DNA of 63,802 nucleotides, the filler included, from Octopus bimaculoides (taxonomy: Eukaryota), in assembly GCF_001194135.2 (NCBI RefSeq). It is 6 parts of 6 records of this genome, joined end to end, with 100 filler letters (N's around TTAATTAATTAA, not from the genome) between each part and the next. Parts side by side here need not be neighbours in the genome. Positions count along the whole stretch, not along the records: positions 29,821 to 46,204 come from NC_069005.1; positions 46,305 to 59,299 come from NC_068999.1; 4 more parts are not named here. The stretch is one strand, 5' to 3'. Position 1 is the first letter of the stretch. The number at the start of each line of letters is the position of its first letter. This document shows positions 40,352-52,602 of this stretch, piece after piece. The notes beneath the pieces were generated by a model. It searched no databases, was not told the DNA's origin, and worked only from the letters and a program-made list of their open reading frames with translations. Position numbers and translations under genes: made by a program.

Positions 40352-41815
40352 CATCAAGGTGGTGAGCTGGCAGAATGGTTAACCTGCTGGATAAAATGCT
40401 TAGCAGCATTTCGCCCGCCGCTACGTTTTGCGTTCAAATTCTGCCGAGGTCAACCTTGCCTTTCATCCTTTCGGGGTCAATAAATTAAGTACCAGTCAAT
40501 ACTGGGGTCAATGCAATCGACTCAACTCCTCCCTTAAAATGGCTGCTCTTGTGGCAAAATTTGAAATCATCATCATTATTATTACTACTACTACTACCAC
40601 TACTACTACTACTAGAGGGTGGCAAAGTGATGGAATCATTAGCATGCTGGAGAAAAGGCTGAGGGGCATTTTATTGATCGTAATGTTTTGAGTTCAAATT
40701 CTGTAGAGGTCGACTTTGCCTTTCATTTTCTTGAGGTTAATAAAATAAGTACCAGTCAGGCACTGGCGTTCATGTAATCGACGAAACTCCAGCCTCAAAA
40801 CTGCAGGCTTTGCGCCCGTAGTAGAAAGGATTGTTATTATTGTTAAGGAGGAAGAACAGGCAGAGTCATTAGCGCGTCAGATAAAATGCCCAACAGCATT
40901 TCATCCATCACATCACATTCTAGGTTCAAATTACACCAGGATCAACATTCATCTCTCTAGAGTCGATAAAGTGAAGTTGATGTTATCGACTAAACTCCTC
41001 CCCTCAAAATTGCTAACCTTGAATCAAAATTTGAAACAATTGTTAATATCATTATTATGATTAAACACCAGAAAAATGCTTTGCAGTAATTTCTTTTGAC
41101 TTTTTATATTCTGGGTTCGAATCCTACTGAGGTTAGCTTTGCCTTTCATCATTTTGGGGTCAATAAAATAAAGTACAAGTACAGGGATTTGATGGCATCG
41201 ACTATCACTTCCTATCTAGTGCCAAAATTTGAAACCTATTATAGTGAAAATGGTACACGCCTTCCCACGTGACAAAGTAGTATGAGTCAGCCAGTGAGTC
41301 GTTGAAGGAGGTCAGTAGTAGTAGAGTCATTGTATGAGTTCTCGGTGAGAGTCAGTGTCAGTTACCTGATATATACACGTTTGAGTTACTGTCAAGGTAG
41401 ACGTTTCAAAGTCATTGTCAGCGATAGTACGATAGACGAGTCAAAGATAATAAGAAAGTATTCTTTACAAAGATAATAAGACGCGGAACACTGCCACAAC
41501 ATATTAGTGGTGACAAGAATATTACAACATACAAATGGACGCGGATTCACATTATAACAAAACCATTATTATCATCATCATCATCATTATTAATTAAGGC
41601 AGCAAGCTGGCAGAATTGTTAGCATGCTGGACAAAACGTTTAGCAGCATTTCGCCATTCGCTACATTCTGAGTTCGAATTTCACCGAAGTCAACTTTACC
41701 TTTCCTCCTTTCGGGGTCGATAGATCAAGTACCAGTGAAATACAGGGGGTGGGAGGGTCGATGCAATCGATTATCCCAACTTTCAGGCCTTATGCCTATA
41801 GCAGAAAGAATTATT
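39230..41815 (+). repeat. Cluster of about 8 same-orientation SINE family A copies separated by (ATT)/(GTT)/(ACT)n tracts
   Basis: Copies start near 39230, 39443, 40067, 40357, 40615, 40846, 41065 and 41597. All are on the + strand and most are CpG-decayed. Confidence 0.85.
41240..41501 (+). mobile_element. Possible LTR-like fragment
   Basis: Starts TATAGTG (TGTAGTG-like), ends ..CACTGCCACAACA, followed by a PBS-like TATTAGTGGTGAC. No coding sequence. Confidence 0.3.
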
Positions 41816-41923
41816 ATTACGAAGGTAGAAAGCTGGATGGATCACTTGCACACTGAACAAAAATGCATAGGGGTGGTTGTGAGTGCAACACCCTAACCGT
41901 TTGACAATGCTAATACGTGTGTG

Positions 41924-41963
<40 letters not shown>

Positions 41964-42535
41964 GCATATAAATTGAGCATCTCTAGTGCTCATCTTTTGN
42001 NNNNNNNNNNNNNNNNNNNNNNNNNNNNNNNNNNNNNNNNNNNNNNNNNNNNNNNNNNNNNNNNNNNNNNNNNNNNNNNNNNNNNNNNNNNNNNNNNNNN
42101 NNNNNNNNNNNNNNNNNNNNNNNNNNNNNNNNNNNNNNNNNNNNNNNNNNNNNNNNNNNNNNNNNNNNNNNNNNNNNNNNNNNNNNNNNNNNNNNNNNNN
42201 NNNNNNNNNNNNNNNNNNNNNNNNNNNNNNNNNNNNNNNNNNNNNNNNNNNNNNNNNNNNNNNNNNNNNNNNNNNNNNNNNNNNNNNNNNNNNNNNNNNN
42301 NNNNNNNNNNNNNNNNNNNNNNNNNNNNNNNNNNNNNNNNNNNNNNNNNNNNNNNNNNNNNNNNNNNNNNNNNNNNNNNNNNNNNNNNNNNNNNNNNNNN
42401 NNNNNNNNNNNNNNNNNNNNNNNNNNNNNNNNNNNNNNNNNNNNNNNNNNNNNNNNNNNNNNNNNNNNNNNNNNNNNNNNNNNNNNNNNNNNNNNNNNNN
42501 NNNNNNNNNNNNNNNNNNNNNNNNNNNNNNNNNNN

Positions 42536-42602
<67 letters not shown>

Positions 42603-42764
42603 ATATAGAACTATTCCACGCGTACAATAACAGCCATACCAACAATCAAACACACCTCCATCATCAACTACCCCACGAGGAGTGTGAAGCAAATAACACT
42701 TCTTTATAAACATGTTTTTTGGTCATTTTGTGATGAACAATGCTGAAATTGTTGATACCAAAAA

Positions 42765-43173
42765 CATATAGAATGGCAGCTTAGATTAGAATGAAATCCT
42801 AACATTGCCCCCCAAATTGACCTAGACTTACGGATGTAAAGAAGTGGATGACATATGAGGACGTAGAGGTATCCGTATGGCAAAAAGTAAGGTACATGGA
42901 AAGAAAGCGGCTTCATTGTGAAAAACACCATATCTGTAATGTTTGGACAGACTGTACACTTTAATAATGTCATATAGAATGGCAGCTTAGATTAGAATGA
43001 AATCCTAACATTGCCCCCCCAAATTGACCTAGACTTACGGATGTAAAGAAGTGGATGACATATGAGGACGTAGAGGTATCCGTATGGCAAAAAGTAAGGT
43101 ACATGGAAAGAAAGCGGCTTCATTGTGAAAAACACCATATCTGTAATGTTTGGACAGACTGTACACTTTAATA
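42765..43173. repeat. Near-perfect tandem duplication of about 202 bp (42765-42966 and 42971-43173)
   Basis: The copies appear to differ only by one C in a C-run; the right copy abuts the Helitron helicase stop codon. Confidence 0.92.
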
Positions 43174-44460
43174 TATGTTAAGTGAAGCCGACAATGCTTC
43201 TGGCTAAACTATGTTTTGCGTAAGTCTAGTGTTGGTAGAATAAGTATACAAGTCATCTGCACTGCTAACTCGAGAGCACGCGGCATATAGTTGTCCATGA
43301 GAAAAGCAGGGTATTTGTAAATTGAGACCGACAATTTTTAAAGTTTGACCCTGGATTTTGTTGATCGTCATAGTAAAGCACAATCGCACTGGGAACTGGA
43401 AGCGCTTGAACTGAAATGGCACATTTGATGGAATAAGGGGCAAGCGTGGATTGTATGCGATCTCTCCTCGTTGGCAGCCGGCAATAATGGTTGCTTCTAG
43501 GACATGACTTGTCATTGTAGTTACAGTCAATCTTGTACCATTGCATAGTCATAGTGGGTTCAAATTCCTCAAGAGCATGATAGGTGCACCTTTCTTTAGG
43601 AACATCTTATGCGGTGGCAGTCCTGTGAGTTGTAGGGAGTTGAGAAATTCAAATGGATACTCAAGAACAGCATATTCGTCGATGATAGTATCAATGGAGA
43701 CAAACATTGAAACATCTCCAGGTAGAATGTGGAGGAGTTCATGGTTTACTTTATCAACGTTTTCATTCCAAGGTGCTCTCTCTGCGAACCATTTTTGAAG
43801 TTGTTTTGCGATGTGGGAATACTTTTTTTAAGCTTGGCTAATGTAGACACCATTTGTAGAAGCTAAGGGGTCGTCGTAGAGATGAGCTCACATATTCTTG
43901 CTTAATGAAAGCTGATGAGGTGAAGACTTCAGACACGCATAGATCGCATCAGCCCGCATATCCCGTGGTATGACTGGTAGCATTTAGCGGAAATCCCCTG
44001 AGAGGACAACAGTTAAGCCTCCCCCGCCTAATGGCAGTATTATTTCTAATATCCCTTAGTGACCTATTAAGGCTTCTAGTGCACCACGATGTACCATCAT
44101 GCATTCATCCCAGGCAATAACTTCTGCCGTCGGTGATCGCTTTGAAATATTGCACATTTGGGCATCGCTGAAGTGCATTTTCTTGAGCACGAATAGAGGC
44201 AGTTTTTTTTTTTGTGGCGATAATTTAGAATGTCTTCGTTTTGATGGCATGGTTGAAAAGAGCGAACGATTAAGGAACATATAAGATGGAAGACATGGCA
44301 ATTTGAAGTTGTGCATTGTATAATTTCATTTTTTAGTAACGAATGAAGAGATGTGGAAAATTTAATGTCAATTTGTATGCCGTTATTTTGAGAAGAAGCA
44401 GTGAACTGTGAATGATTTGGCTGTGTTCTGTGTTGATAAGCGTAATGCATTCTGTTAGCT
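43170..44460 (-). mobile_element. Helitron RepHel C-terminal PIF1-type helicase remnant
   Basis: IAWDECMMVHRGALEAL; VVLSGDFR; LEATIIAGCQRGE..PRLPLIPSNVPFQFKRFQFPVRLCFTMTINKIQGQTL..VGLNLQIPCFSHGQLYAACSRV..TQNIV*PEAL. Multiple frameshifts. Confidence 0.92.
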
Positions 44461-45845
44461 GATATATAGTGTAGTGGAGATACTGGCGTAATGGAAGTTA
44501 TTGTTTGTCCAGAAGTAAAATGGGGTGGGGTTTACAATTTGCATGAAAGTNNNNNNNNNNTCTTTTCACAAAAAAGAGGGAAAAAATTTTGAAAATTTTT
44601 TTTCACTCCTGCCACCTCTTCATCACCCCAGTCTGAAACAATTTTGGCCATTATTTTTTCCCCTATGTCCTTAAAACTCGTGAGAGAAACATTTTCAATT
44701 TTAAAAAAAATTGTTAATAATTTCAGAGGAAGATGTATGATTCAAGGGAGATCTGGCTGTTGTTTCTAGCACATCCCAAAACCCCCCTCCTCGTTTCTTT
44801 CTCACTCACACGTCTATTGAGATTTTTCAATATTTTTCTCCCCATAAACAAATTTTATGGAATGTTGATGTCAAAGTAACACACGTAGTCCCAACCGAGT
44901 GAGGCCATGTTATGTGTGTGTGTGTGTAAGTAAAAAAACACCAAAAAACATCTTTAGTATTCATATTATTCTGTCAAATGTAATACTTTCTTCATGTTAT
45001 TTTGAATTATTCCATTTCAAGAGGGGTGTCCACAATATTTACTTGTAACTTTGTAAATTTTTTACATACAGATTTGAAATTTTATCAGTGGGTGCTTTAT
45101 ATACCACTGGTTTACTGTTATGTAATTTTAGCTGATCTTGCTGAGTAAATTTGACTTTTATGGGCAGGTAAATTTAATTAACAGGTGTTAAAGCAATTAC
45201 ATTATGGATGAATGCAAAAATTGAAATTCTTAATGTATCTTACCTGTTTGATTTGTTACTAAAATTATCCCAGATGGCAACCGGCAAAAATTTTGCCACT
45301 TTTCAAGATGGGGTACATTAATTTGAATTAATTAAAATACAGGTATAATCGGTACATGATTCAAAACAATTGTATAGGAATATGAAAAATAAAACTATAA
45401 TCCATTTTAACATCCAATCTCCTTCAGGAGTGGCTGTGTGGTAAGTAGCTTGTTTACTATTTTCCCCTCGTTCTGGTCTAACGACCCTCTATGTTTATTT
45501 TCGTTCGGTTTTCTTGTATGTAGCCACTGTCCTGTTTTTGTTCTCAACTTTGACCCTACATAAATCTAAAATTGTACTGATGAAGGGACGTTCTTTATGT
45601 TACTTGTTCTGCTTGCGATTTTTTCTCTCGCTGTTTGTGTATTTAACTCATTTGTTTTTGTATTTCATGTTGTTTACTGTTGGTGACGACCTGTATCATA
45701 TATGCATCAACTGTGTTCGAATTGATTTCATATTCCGTGTAATGATACACTTTTATGGGCTAATTAATGACGTGAAAGTAATTTTCGCTATAAATCAATA
45801 AATAAAGAGTTATTAGGAATTAAATTTTGAAGATTTTGGTAATTT

Positions 45846-46004
45846 TAGCCAATCATAAGCCACAGACACATTCATGCCTGTTTCGATAGTAAGAAGCGGA
45901 ACATGAGAATCCGTTTGTCTGCGAGAAAGCACATGCCTGTTGCCATAGTAACAAGCGAAACCGAGCAGTCTTTGAAAAGTTTTTTATCTGCGAGGAAGCA
46001 CGTG
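45846..46004. promoter_or_regulatory. Promoter-like cluster: CCAAT box, RFX X-box (with a degenerate duplicate), E-box
   Basis: TAGCCAATCA (CCAAT at 45849-45853), GTTTCGATAGTAAG (45880-45893), GTTGCCATAGTAAC (45939-45952; matches the RFX consensus GTNRCC-N0-3-RGYAAC) and CACGTG (45999-46004). Confidence 0.6.
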
Positions 46005-46036
46005 TTGACAAATTTAACGCTGTGTTCTGTGTGATT

Positions 46037-46115
46037 ATGGCAGCAAGCTCCAGTAACTTCGCTTCTATTATGAAAACATTGAAAACAGGAGGATTTTTTA
46101 AAATTAAAACCGAAA
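46037..46115 (+). CDS. Candidate first coding exon (MAASSSNFASIMKTLKTGGFFKIKTE), product unknown
   Basis: ATGGCA lies 33 bp downstream of the promoter cluster; weak donor A|GTTAGA. Without splicing it is only a 27-codon ORF. Confidence 0.3.
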
Positions 46116-46989
46116 GTTAGAAATACATTCGATCAAAAATATTTTCTAATGTGTTGCTTATTGCATGCTTAAATGTTTGTTTTTTAAGCATATTTTGTTC
46201 ACTCNNNNNNNNNNNNNNNNNNNNNNNNNNNNNNNNNNNNNNNNNNNNTTAATTAATTAANNNNNNNNNNNNNNNNNNNNNNNNNNNNNNNNNNNNNNNN
46301 NNNNATATTCCATGTACTCGTACTTCGTATTTTTTGTTTACACGTTTCGTGACGTCCTGTGCCCACATATGCATATATATATATATGTGCATATAGATGT
46401 AGGTGTGTACATGTGCGTATGTGTGTATTCATATATGTGTATATTACTTATATTATTATATGATTGAACGCCACACATCCTCTTCCAAATAATTCCGATG
46501 CGTGCTCTACTATCTTTTTACCCTTTCGTTTTTCTCTCTTTTTCTCTCTCTTATTCTTTTACCTCCTCTTCTCCCATTATTCTATCCTATTAGTCTTTCG
46601 TTTTTTCTCTCTTCTCCCCCCTATTTTTTCTCACTTATCCTATCCCCAATTTTTTCCTCTCCCCTTCACAGTCCTCTGTCTATCATCCTCTCTCCTTCAC
46701 TCTTCTTCTCTTGCTCACGTGGCTCCTACGTGACCATCGGCAATCTTTCTTCTAACTTGCGTTTCTTTCTTTCTCTCCGTTGTAGCTGAATCAAGGAAGA
46801 CGTGTTCTTGTTTGTCTCCTGTCCAAGCTTGATTTACGCCACCACAACCTCGTTTAGGCTTAGCAGCCCTTCCTGTTTGTTTTCACTATCCTGTTTCTGT
46901 TACCAATTTTAACCCTCCACTAAATCCCAAAATTTATTTAATTTGCTTTCCGGGGACAACTGTTTTATCGAAAGCGTATCTTGTTGTGA

Positions 46990-47650
46990 AGGCGCATGGC
47001 TCAGTGATTAGAGCGTCGAGCTTACGATCGTGAGGTTGTGAGTTCGAATCCCGGACCGGGCTACGTATTGTGTTCTTGAGTAAGACACTTTATTTCACGT
47101 TGCTCCAGTTCACTCAGCTGTAGAAATAAGTTGCGACGTCACAGGTGCCATGGCTATATTTATAGTTTGTGCGTATTTTTGTGTAGGTGCCAAGTTTGAC
47201 ACCAACGCAGTTTCCGGTGTCATTCTCCCTATGTGGCACATTGGGCAAGTGTGTGCAATGGTAGACTTGAACTGACCAATGCCTTGTAACTTGTGTTTGT
47301 ATGTGTTTATAAATGTGTGTTGTGTTGTTGCTTGGCTTAGTGGTTAGGGTATACGGCTTATGATCGTTAGGTCTTGTGTTCGATTCTCGTCAATACGTTG
47401 TGCCCTTGAGCAAGACACTTTCTTTCATGTTACTCCAGTCCACTTAACGAACAAAAGAATGAGTTGTACCTTTATTTCAAAGGGCCAGCATTGTCACATT
47501 CTCTGTCTAACTGAACCTGCCTGAGAACTACGTGCAGAGTACGCGTGTCTGTGAAGTGTTTAGCCATTTGCACGTTGATGTCACGAGCAGGCTGTTCAGT
47601 TGACTGGATCAACTGGAGCACTCGTCATCATAATCTACGGAGTGTCAGTT
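46990..47650 (+). mobile_element. Two SINE family B copies (about 46990-47150 and 47335-47650)
   Basis: GAAGGCGCATGGCTCAGTGATTAGAGCG..GAGTTCGAATCCCGG; GGCTTAGTGGTTAGGG..GAGAACTACG..TTGCACGTTGATGTCACGAGC. Confidence 0.8.
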
Positions 47651-47689
47651 TATATATGTGAGTACGAATTGTTCGGCAGTTGATTTGCC

Positions 47690-49500
47690 GCAGACCATCT
47701 TTTATCCCGAGGGAGGTGATCAAGCCTTGTTTGTGAGTGCGCAAATTGCTGGTCTAATCCGTGTCTTTGGCACTATGATCAAGAATTACAGGGTGCAGTA
47801 GTTTGAAATCTCATTACATATTCCTTTCTATGCTGCTTTGCTCAGCTGCGGTAATTATGTCTCGTAGCTCAGACTCGTACTCTGTGTTCTTATGTTTTTT
47901 ATGGTAAAATTTCAAAATCTACAGTGAAACTTCCAGTATGCCTATACAATGCTTTCCTTGGAGCCCTCGGGAGCGATTATCTTGCTGGAGTTTTCTGTAA
48001 GACAGTATCACTGAGAGCTGGTGATCTGCCATCCGAACTACATCACCTTTCCGACACGGTTGTTACTGCATGAGCCTCATGTAGACACTGGATAGCTCAG
48101 CACCGATATCCCACGGTCATGAATCCTGTCTTGGCAATATATACCCTGAACATGTGTGGAAACATAAACTACCTCATTGCTCTTTGGCTTTGGAACATTC
48201 CATGTTTCCCTGGCGTAGAGTAATGTAGCAGAATTGTGAGAACTATGGCCTGAGACACTTTGTTCTTTTTGTCTTGTGTGATGTTCTTCCTGTTCCACAC
48301 ATTCTTGTGGAGTCTCAAGAATGCATTAGTGTGACCAACGTTCATCTCATCATCAATAACAGCACTTCGAGAGCATGCTGCTGACGTAGGTAAATTTCTC
48401 CATCTGACTGAATCTATCCTTGTTCTTCGATGGTGATGTGTGAATATGCCTTATTCATACACACACGTCAGCAGCAACATTGTCATTATCATCTGCAACA
48501 ACCAACTCTGAGAGTGTAGTTGGCTCTTCTGACAATTTTCTACTGCTTCTCGTATTGTCAAATTTTCAAACCTATTATCTCCGAGATGTTATCAACCCAA
48601 TATCTCTGTAGTCATCTTGGTCTTAGCCAGGCAGTTTTTCAGCAGTGATGTAGAGTATAGAAAGTATGCGTTTATGCTATATTCTTTAATACTCTTCTTT
48701 AATTTAAGGCAGCGAGCTGGCAAAAGCGTTAGCACGCCGGGCGAAATATGTAATGGTATTTCGTCTGTCTTTACGTTCTGAGTTCAAATTCCACGGAGAT
48801 CGACTTATCCTTTCAGGGTCGATAAATTAAGCATCGGTTGCGTACTGGGGTCGATCTAATCGATTGACTCCCTCCCCCAACATTTCAGGCCGTATTCTTT
48901 TTTGCTTCTCAATTTTCTCTGGTTCTACATAATTCTAAATTTATCCAACACCTACTATTTTTCCCTGTTTCTTGCCTTAGTAATTCCTAAAAGATATGCT
49001 TCTGTAATACCAACTTGAGAAAAATTTCTGCCGCTTTTAGCAGATTTTTAAATGCTCGTTTGTTTGTAACTAAAATAGTGAAGTGTAAAGTAAGTTCTTC
49101 TTCTTGGTCGTTTCATTCATGGATTTATTCGAATGCAGTTAAAAGTGATAAGTGAGGATTTTTCTACTGCGTTCATTTTTATCGCTTTCCTGTCACTTCA
49201 TTGATTTTTAATATTTCGAAGATAACAGAACTCATACACAATTGTGATTATCAATTATTATAGGATCATCTCGATCATGCGTTTCTGAGATAACTATTGA
49301 TTCGGTTTTGTTAATATTAATACATAAACCATATTCTGCATTTTTTTCTTCACTTTATTCAGCAGAATTCTCACATCTAAGCAACCAGCAATAATGAATG
49401 TATCATCGTCATATATAATTTGCAGGTTTAAATATAACTTCAACATCTAGATCTCTTCCCATTTCACGTAGATTTTAAACATAGCTGAGGAAAGGATAAC
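47690..49500 (-). mobile_element. Decayed RTE-clade LINE, split by a SINE at about 48707-48895
   Basis: LQIIYDDDTFIIAG (YADD region, about 49380-49425) and LLYARETW..QDRIHD (about 48110-48225), collinear on the minus strand. Boundaries approximate. Confidence 0.75.
48707..48895 (+). mobile_element. SINE family A
   Basis: AAGGCAGCGAGCTGGCAAAAGCGTTAGCACGCCGGGCGAAA..GAGTTCAAATTCC. Confidence 0.8.
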
Positions 49501-49848
49501 CCAAGCACACGATTTCAAACCTCACGGAGAAGCCCACTGCTTAGAATAAAGATATTTTTAAAAATTAACCAACGGACAGACAGAAAGACAGACAGGCAGA
49601 CAGACAGACCGATCGATAGATACATTGATATGTGTATTTTATGGGTTTTATTTATTTCAATCATTGAACAGCCGCCGTGTTGGTGTTCCGTCCTGGAGAA
49701 CTTATTCCAGCAACGCACTCCTCGTATTTATTAAAAGTTTGGTAGTTTATTTGTCACACTTCACCGAAACATTAAATTATGGGACATAAACAAACCAACA
49801 ACAGCGGTTGTCGAGCGAGGGATATATGTATATATATTTGTATGCATA

Positions 49849-49890
<42 letters not shown>

Positions 49891-50003
49891 NNNNNNNNNN
49901 NNNNNNNNNNNNNNNNNNNNNNNNNNNNNNNNNNNNNNNNNNNNNNNNNNNNNNNNNNNNNNNNNNNNNNNNNNNNNNNNNNNNNNNNNNNNNNNNNNNN
50001 NNN

Positions 50004-51075
50004 AACCATCAACCAATCTCATGTATATAAACCAATTCAGTAATCATTCTAGGGCAATCACTAGGAACTTAAGTATATTTCATTTAGATAGTTATCTGCT
50101 AATGTTGATATTTTCAACGACAAGGCTGAATTTTATAACTCTGCCTTACTTAAAGCAGGCTATACAGAAGAAGTTACCTACATTAATTCTATTCAATCTT
50201 ATTCTAATGGGGACATGAAATCTAGTTGGAACGATATGAACGATTTCAATTTTAATTTATACGCCAACACCAAACAGAGGAAGGTTTTTTTTTACAACGT
50301 AAGGGAGATAACTGTTATTTAAACCCTTTTTTTTTCATTCTAAAGGTAAATCGATGCCTTTTCAAGATATTTACACTAAAAACTAAGGTAACTACTAGCA
50401 AAACTATTTACTTGATTATTTCTTATAGGAGGCAAATTAAATCTAATCTTCCTTTCCAGTTTCCGGAAGCTATTATTAAGAATTTTCCAAAGAATTCTAG
50501 GTATCACTCGATTATCAACTCGCACACGGTTAGGATTGGTTTTTCTCCTTACCTAACATTAGTCTGTTAAATAAGAATCCAATTACTAATACTAACATTA
50601 ATTTAGCTAATCCTAACCATCCCCCTAGAAATATTAATAACAAGGTTATTGTCTCTGAAGTCAATTCCAACAGAATTAAGTTTATGTCTAGTAATTCTAA
50701 GATTTAAAAAAAACTCTATATATCAGTGTAAAATTACTTTAGGTACAGATGTTTTTTTTTTATATAGGTAGTTCTTCTCAGTTATCTAAAAGAATTTCTA
50801 ATCATTACTCTACATTTAGGAATAGTAATAAACGCAACAGTACAGGGCTTAGTAAATTAATTTGGTATCTAAAAGACCATAATAAACAATTTAATTTAGA
50901 TTGGTTGATACTCTCCATATCATTCCCATATGATAAAGGCAAAGAATTCTGCCAGCTCTGTAATAGTGAATTATTTTCTATTCTATTTTCTAAGAATTCC
51001 CTTGTAAACACAGTTATAGAGCATGCTTATCGATGTAAACATTGGTAGAAACATACTTTTAGTTCATATAAGTGA
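50004..51075 (+). mobile_element. Penelope-like element remnant (RT thumb plus GIY-YIG endonuclease)
   Basis: KPSTNLMYINQFSNHSRAI; FYIGSSSQLSKRISNHYSTFRNSNKRNSTGLSKLIWYLKD..WLIL..CQLCNSEL..RCKH, the typical PLE endonuclease layout. Confidence 0.88.
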
Positions 51076-51593
51076 TATCTACCATTGTATATAATTTGAA
51101 CATTGATTTTCTTCTTGCATTTCACTTCCACTAGATATATCTTTTTCGAAGCCTTTAAGCTTTTATTTTAATTCACATATCGCTCTATATTTCATCTTCA
51201 TTAGTTTTCTGCTGATTTCTTTCCTTTACCCCTTCTCTTTCTATAGGCTACCTTTGACGTTATATCTTTTAACGGTTTTTTAAAAAGACTTAATAGCATT
51301 CAGTTCATCATTATAAACATGCATCACATTCTGTTAAAATGTCTTCTTGATGAGTTTGGTTTCTGTCTTTCTTTCCCTGATGAGAAGATTACATTGTTTT
51401 ACACCATTTTATTGCTTTAGAATAATACCAATGTTGTCTTCCANNNNNNNNNNNNNNNNNNNNNNNNNNNNNNNNNNNNNNNNNNNNNNNNNNNNNNNNN
51501 NNNNNNNNNNNNNNNNNNNNNNNNNNNNNNNNNNNNNNNNNNNNNNNNNNNNNNNNNNNNNNNNNNNNNNNNNNNNNNNNNNNNNNNNNNNNN

Positions 51594-51625
<32 letters not shown>

Positions 51626-51795
51626 CATATTTAAGAATAATATAACATGATGATGGAAAATATCAGGCTTTAATAGTAATTCACAACAGTTGTTTCTTCA
51701 CCGGACACTCACTTTAAGTCGCTGACTTTACATTTATATGTAATTATTGTATAAGATTAATCTTTAGAATTACTATATAATTAAATATTTTTCAG

Positions 51796-51823
51796 CAACA
51801 GCTGTGCATGGATGCTTCCTCAG
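51796..51823 (+). CDS. Candidate small internal exon (T-TAVHGCFL-R)
   Basis: TATTTTTCAG acceptor, CAG|GTAAAA donor; phase 1 to 2 fits the 46037 exon. Confidence 0.3.
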
Positions 51824-52373
51824 GTAAAATTCTATCAAGCACGGTCGTTTTTTTTTTCTCAGACATCCTATGTCCGTTACTCTCCACCGATCAGTTTATT
51901 AGATTCTGGGTCACATATTGTTGCAGTGACGCAAAAAGAAATACCAAAGTAATATCACAATACTAGTACCAACAACAACAAAAATAACAGAATAGAGGTG
52001 ACCTTAATTGAACTTACAGTGATAATAACAGTAACAAAACCAAATCTATTTAAGTGACAGTGATAACAAAATTAAAATAAAAATACGAAAAAATGAAGAT
52101 GGCTTTTACCAAGTAGGAGAAGAAGTGTGTCAATGGGTTAAAAGAAATTAAATATATAAATTTTCTAGGGTTTGGCTGTTTGTCTTTAAGTCACCTCTGT
52201 AAACTCCACTGATCATTAAGTACTAGATTACAGGCATATTTTCTTTCTCGCGGTGGTGCTCCAGCATAGCCGCAAACGCATTACTGAAACAGGAAAAGGA
52301 ATACGAGGATACGGTGTCTCGCGACCGACAGATGCCTATCTATCAAATTATTTATTACTTTTGTTTTTGCTAT

Positions 52374-52602
52374 TTAATCGTTTAGTGTTTAAACATGCTA
52401 TGTTAGTCCCAAATATTCTACCTTGTTTTACGTCGAAACTACACAGATCTGGCCTCTCACATCTATCCTACAATGTCGTTCTAAAAATCGATAATCATGT
52501 AATCAAAATCTTGAAGCTAAGAGATAACGCATGATTAATTCAAATCAATATGACTTAATAAGCATTGCAAGTGACAGAGCAATCTGAATGCTAAAGGATT
52601 AA
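52374..52602. mobile_element. piggyBac-like MITE (TTAA ends)
   Basis: TTAA-TCGTTTAG ... CTAAAGGA-TTAA imperfect terminal inverted repeats bounded by TTAA. Confidence 0.55.
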
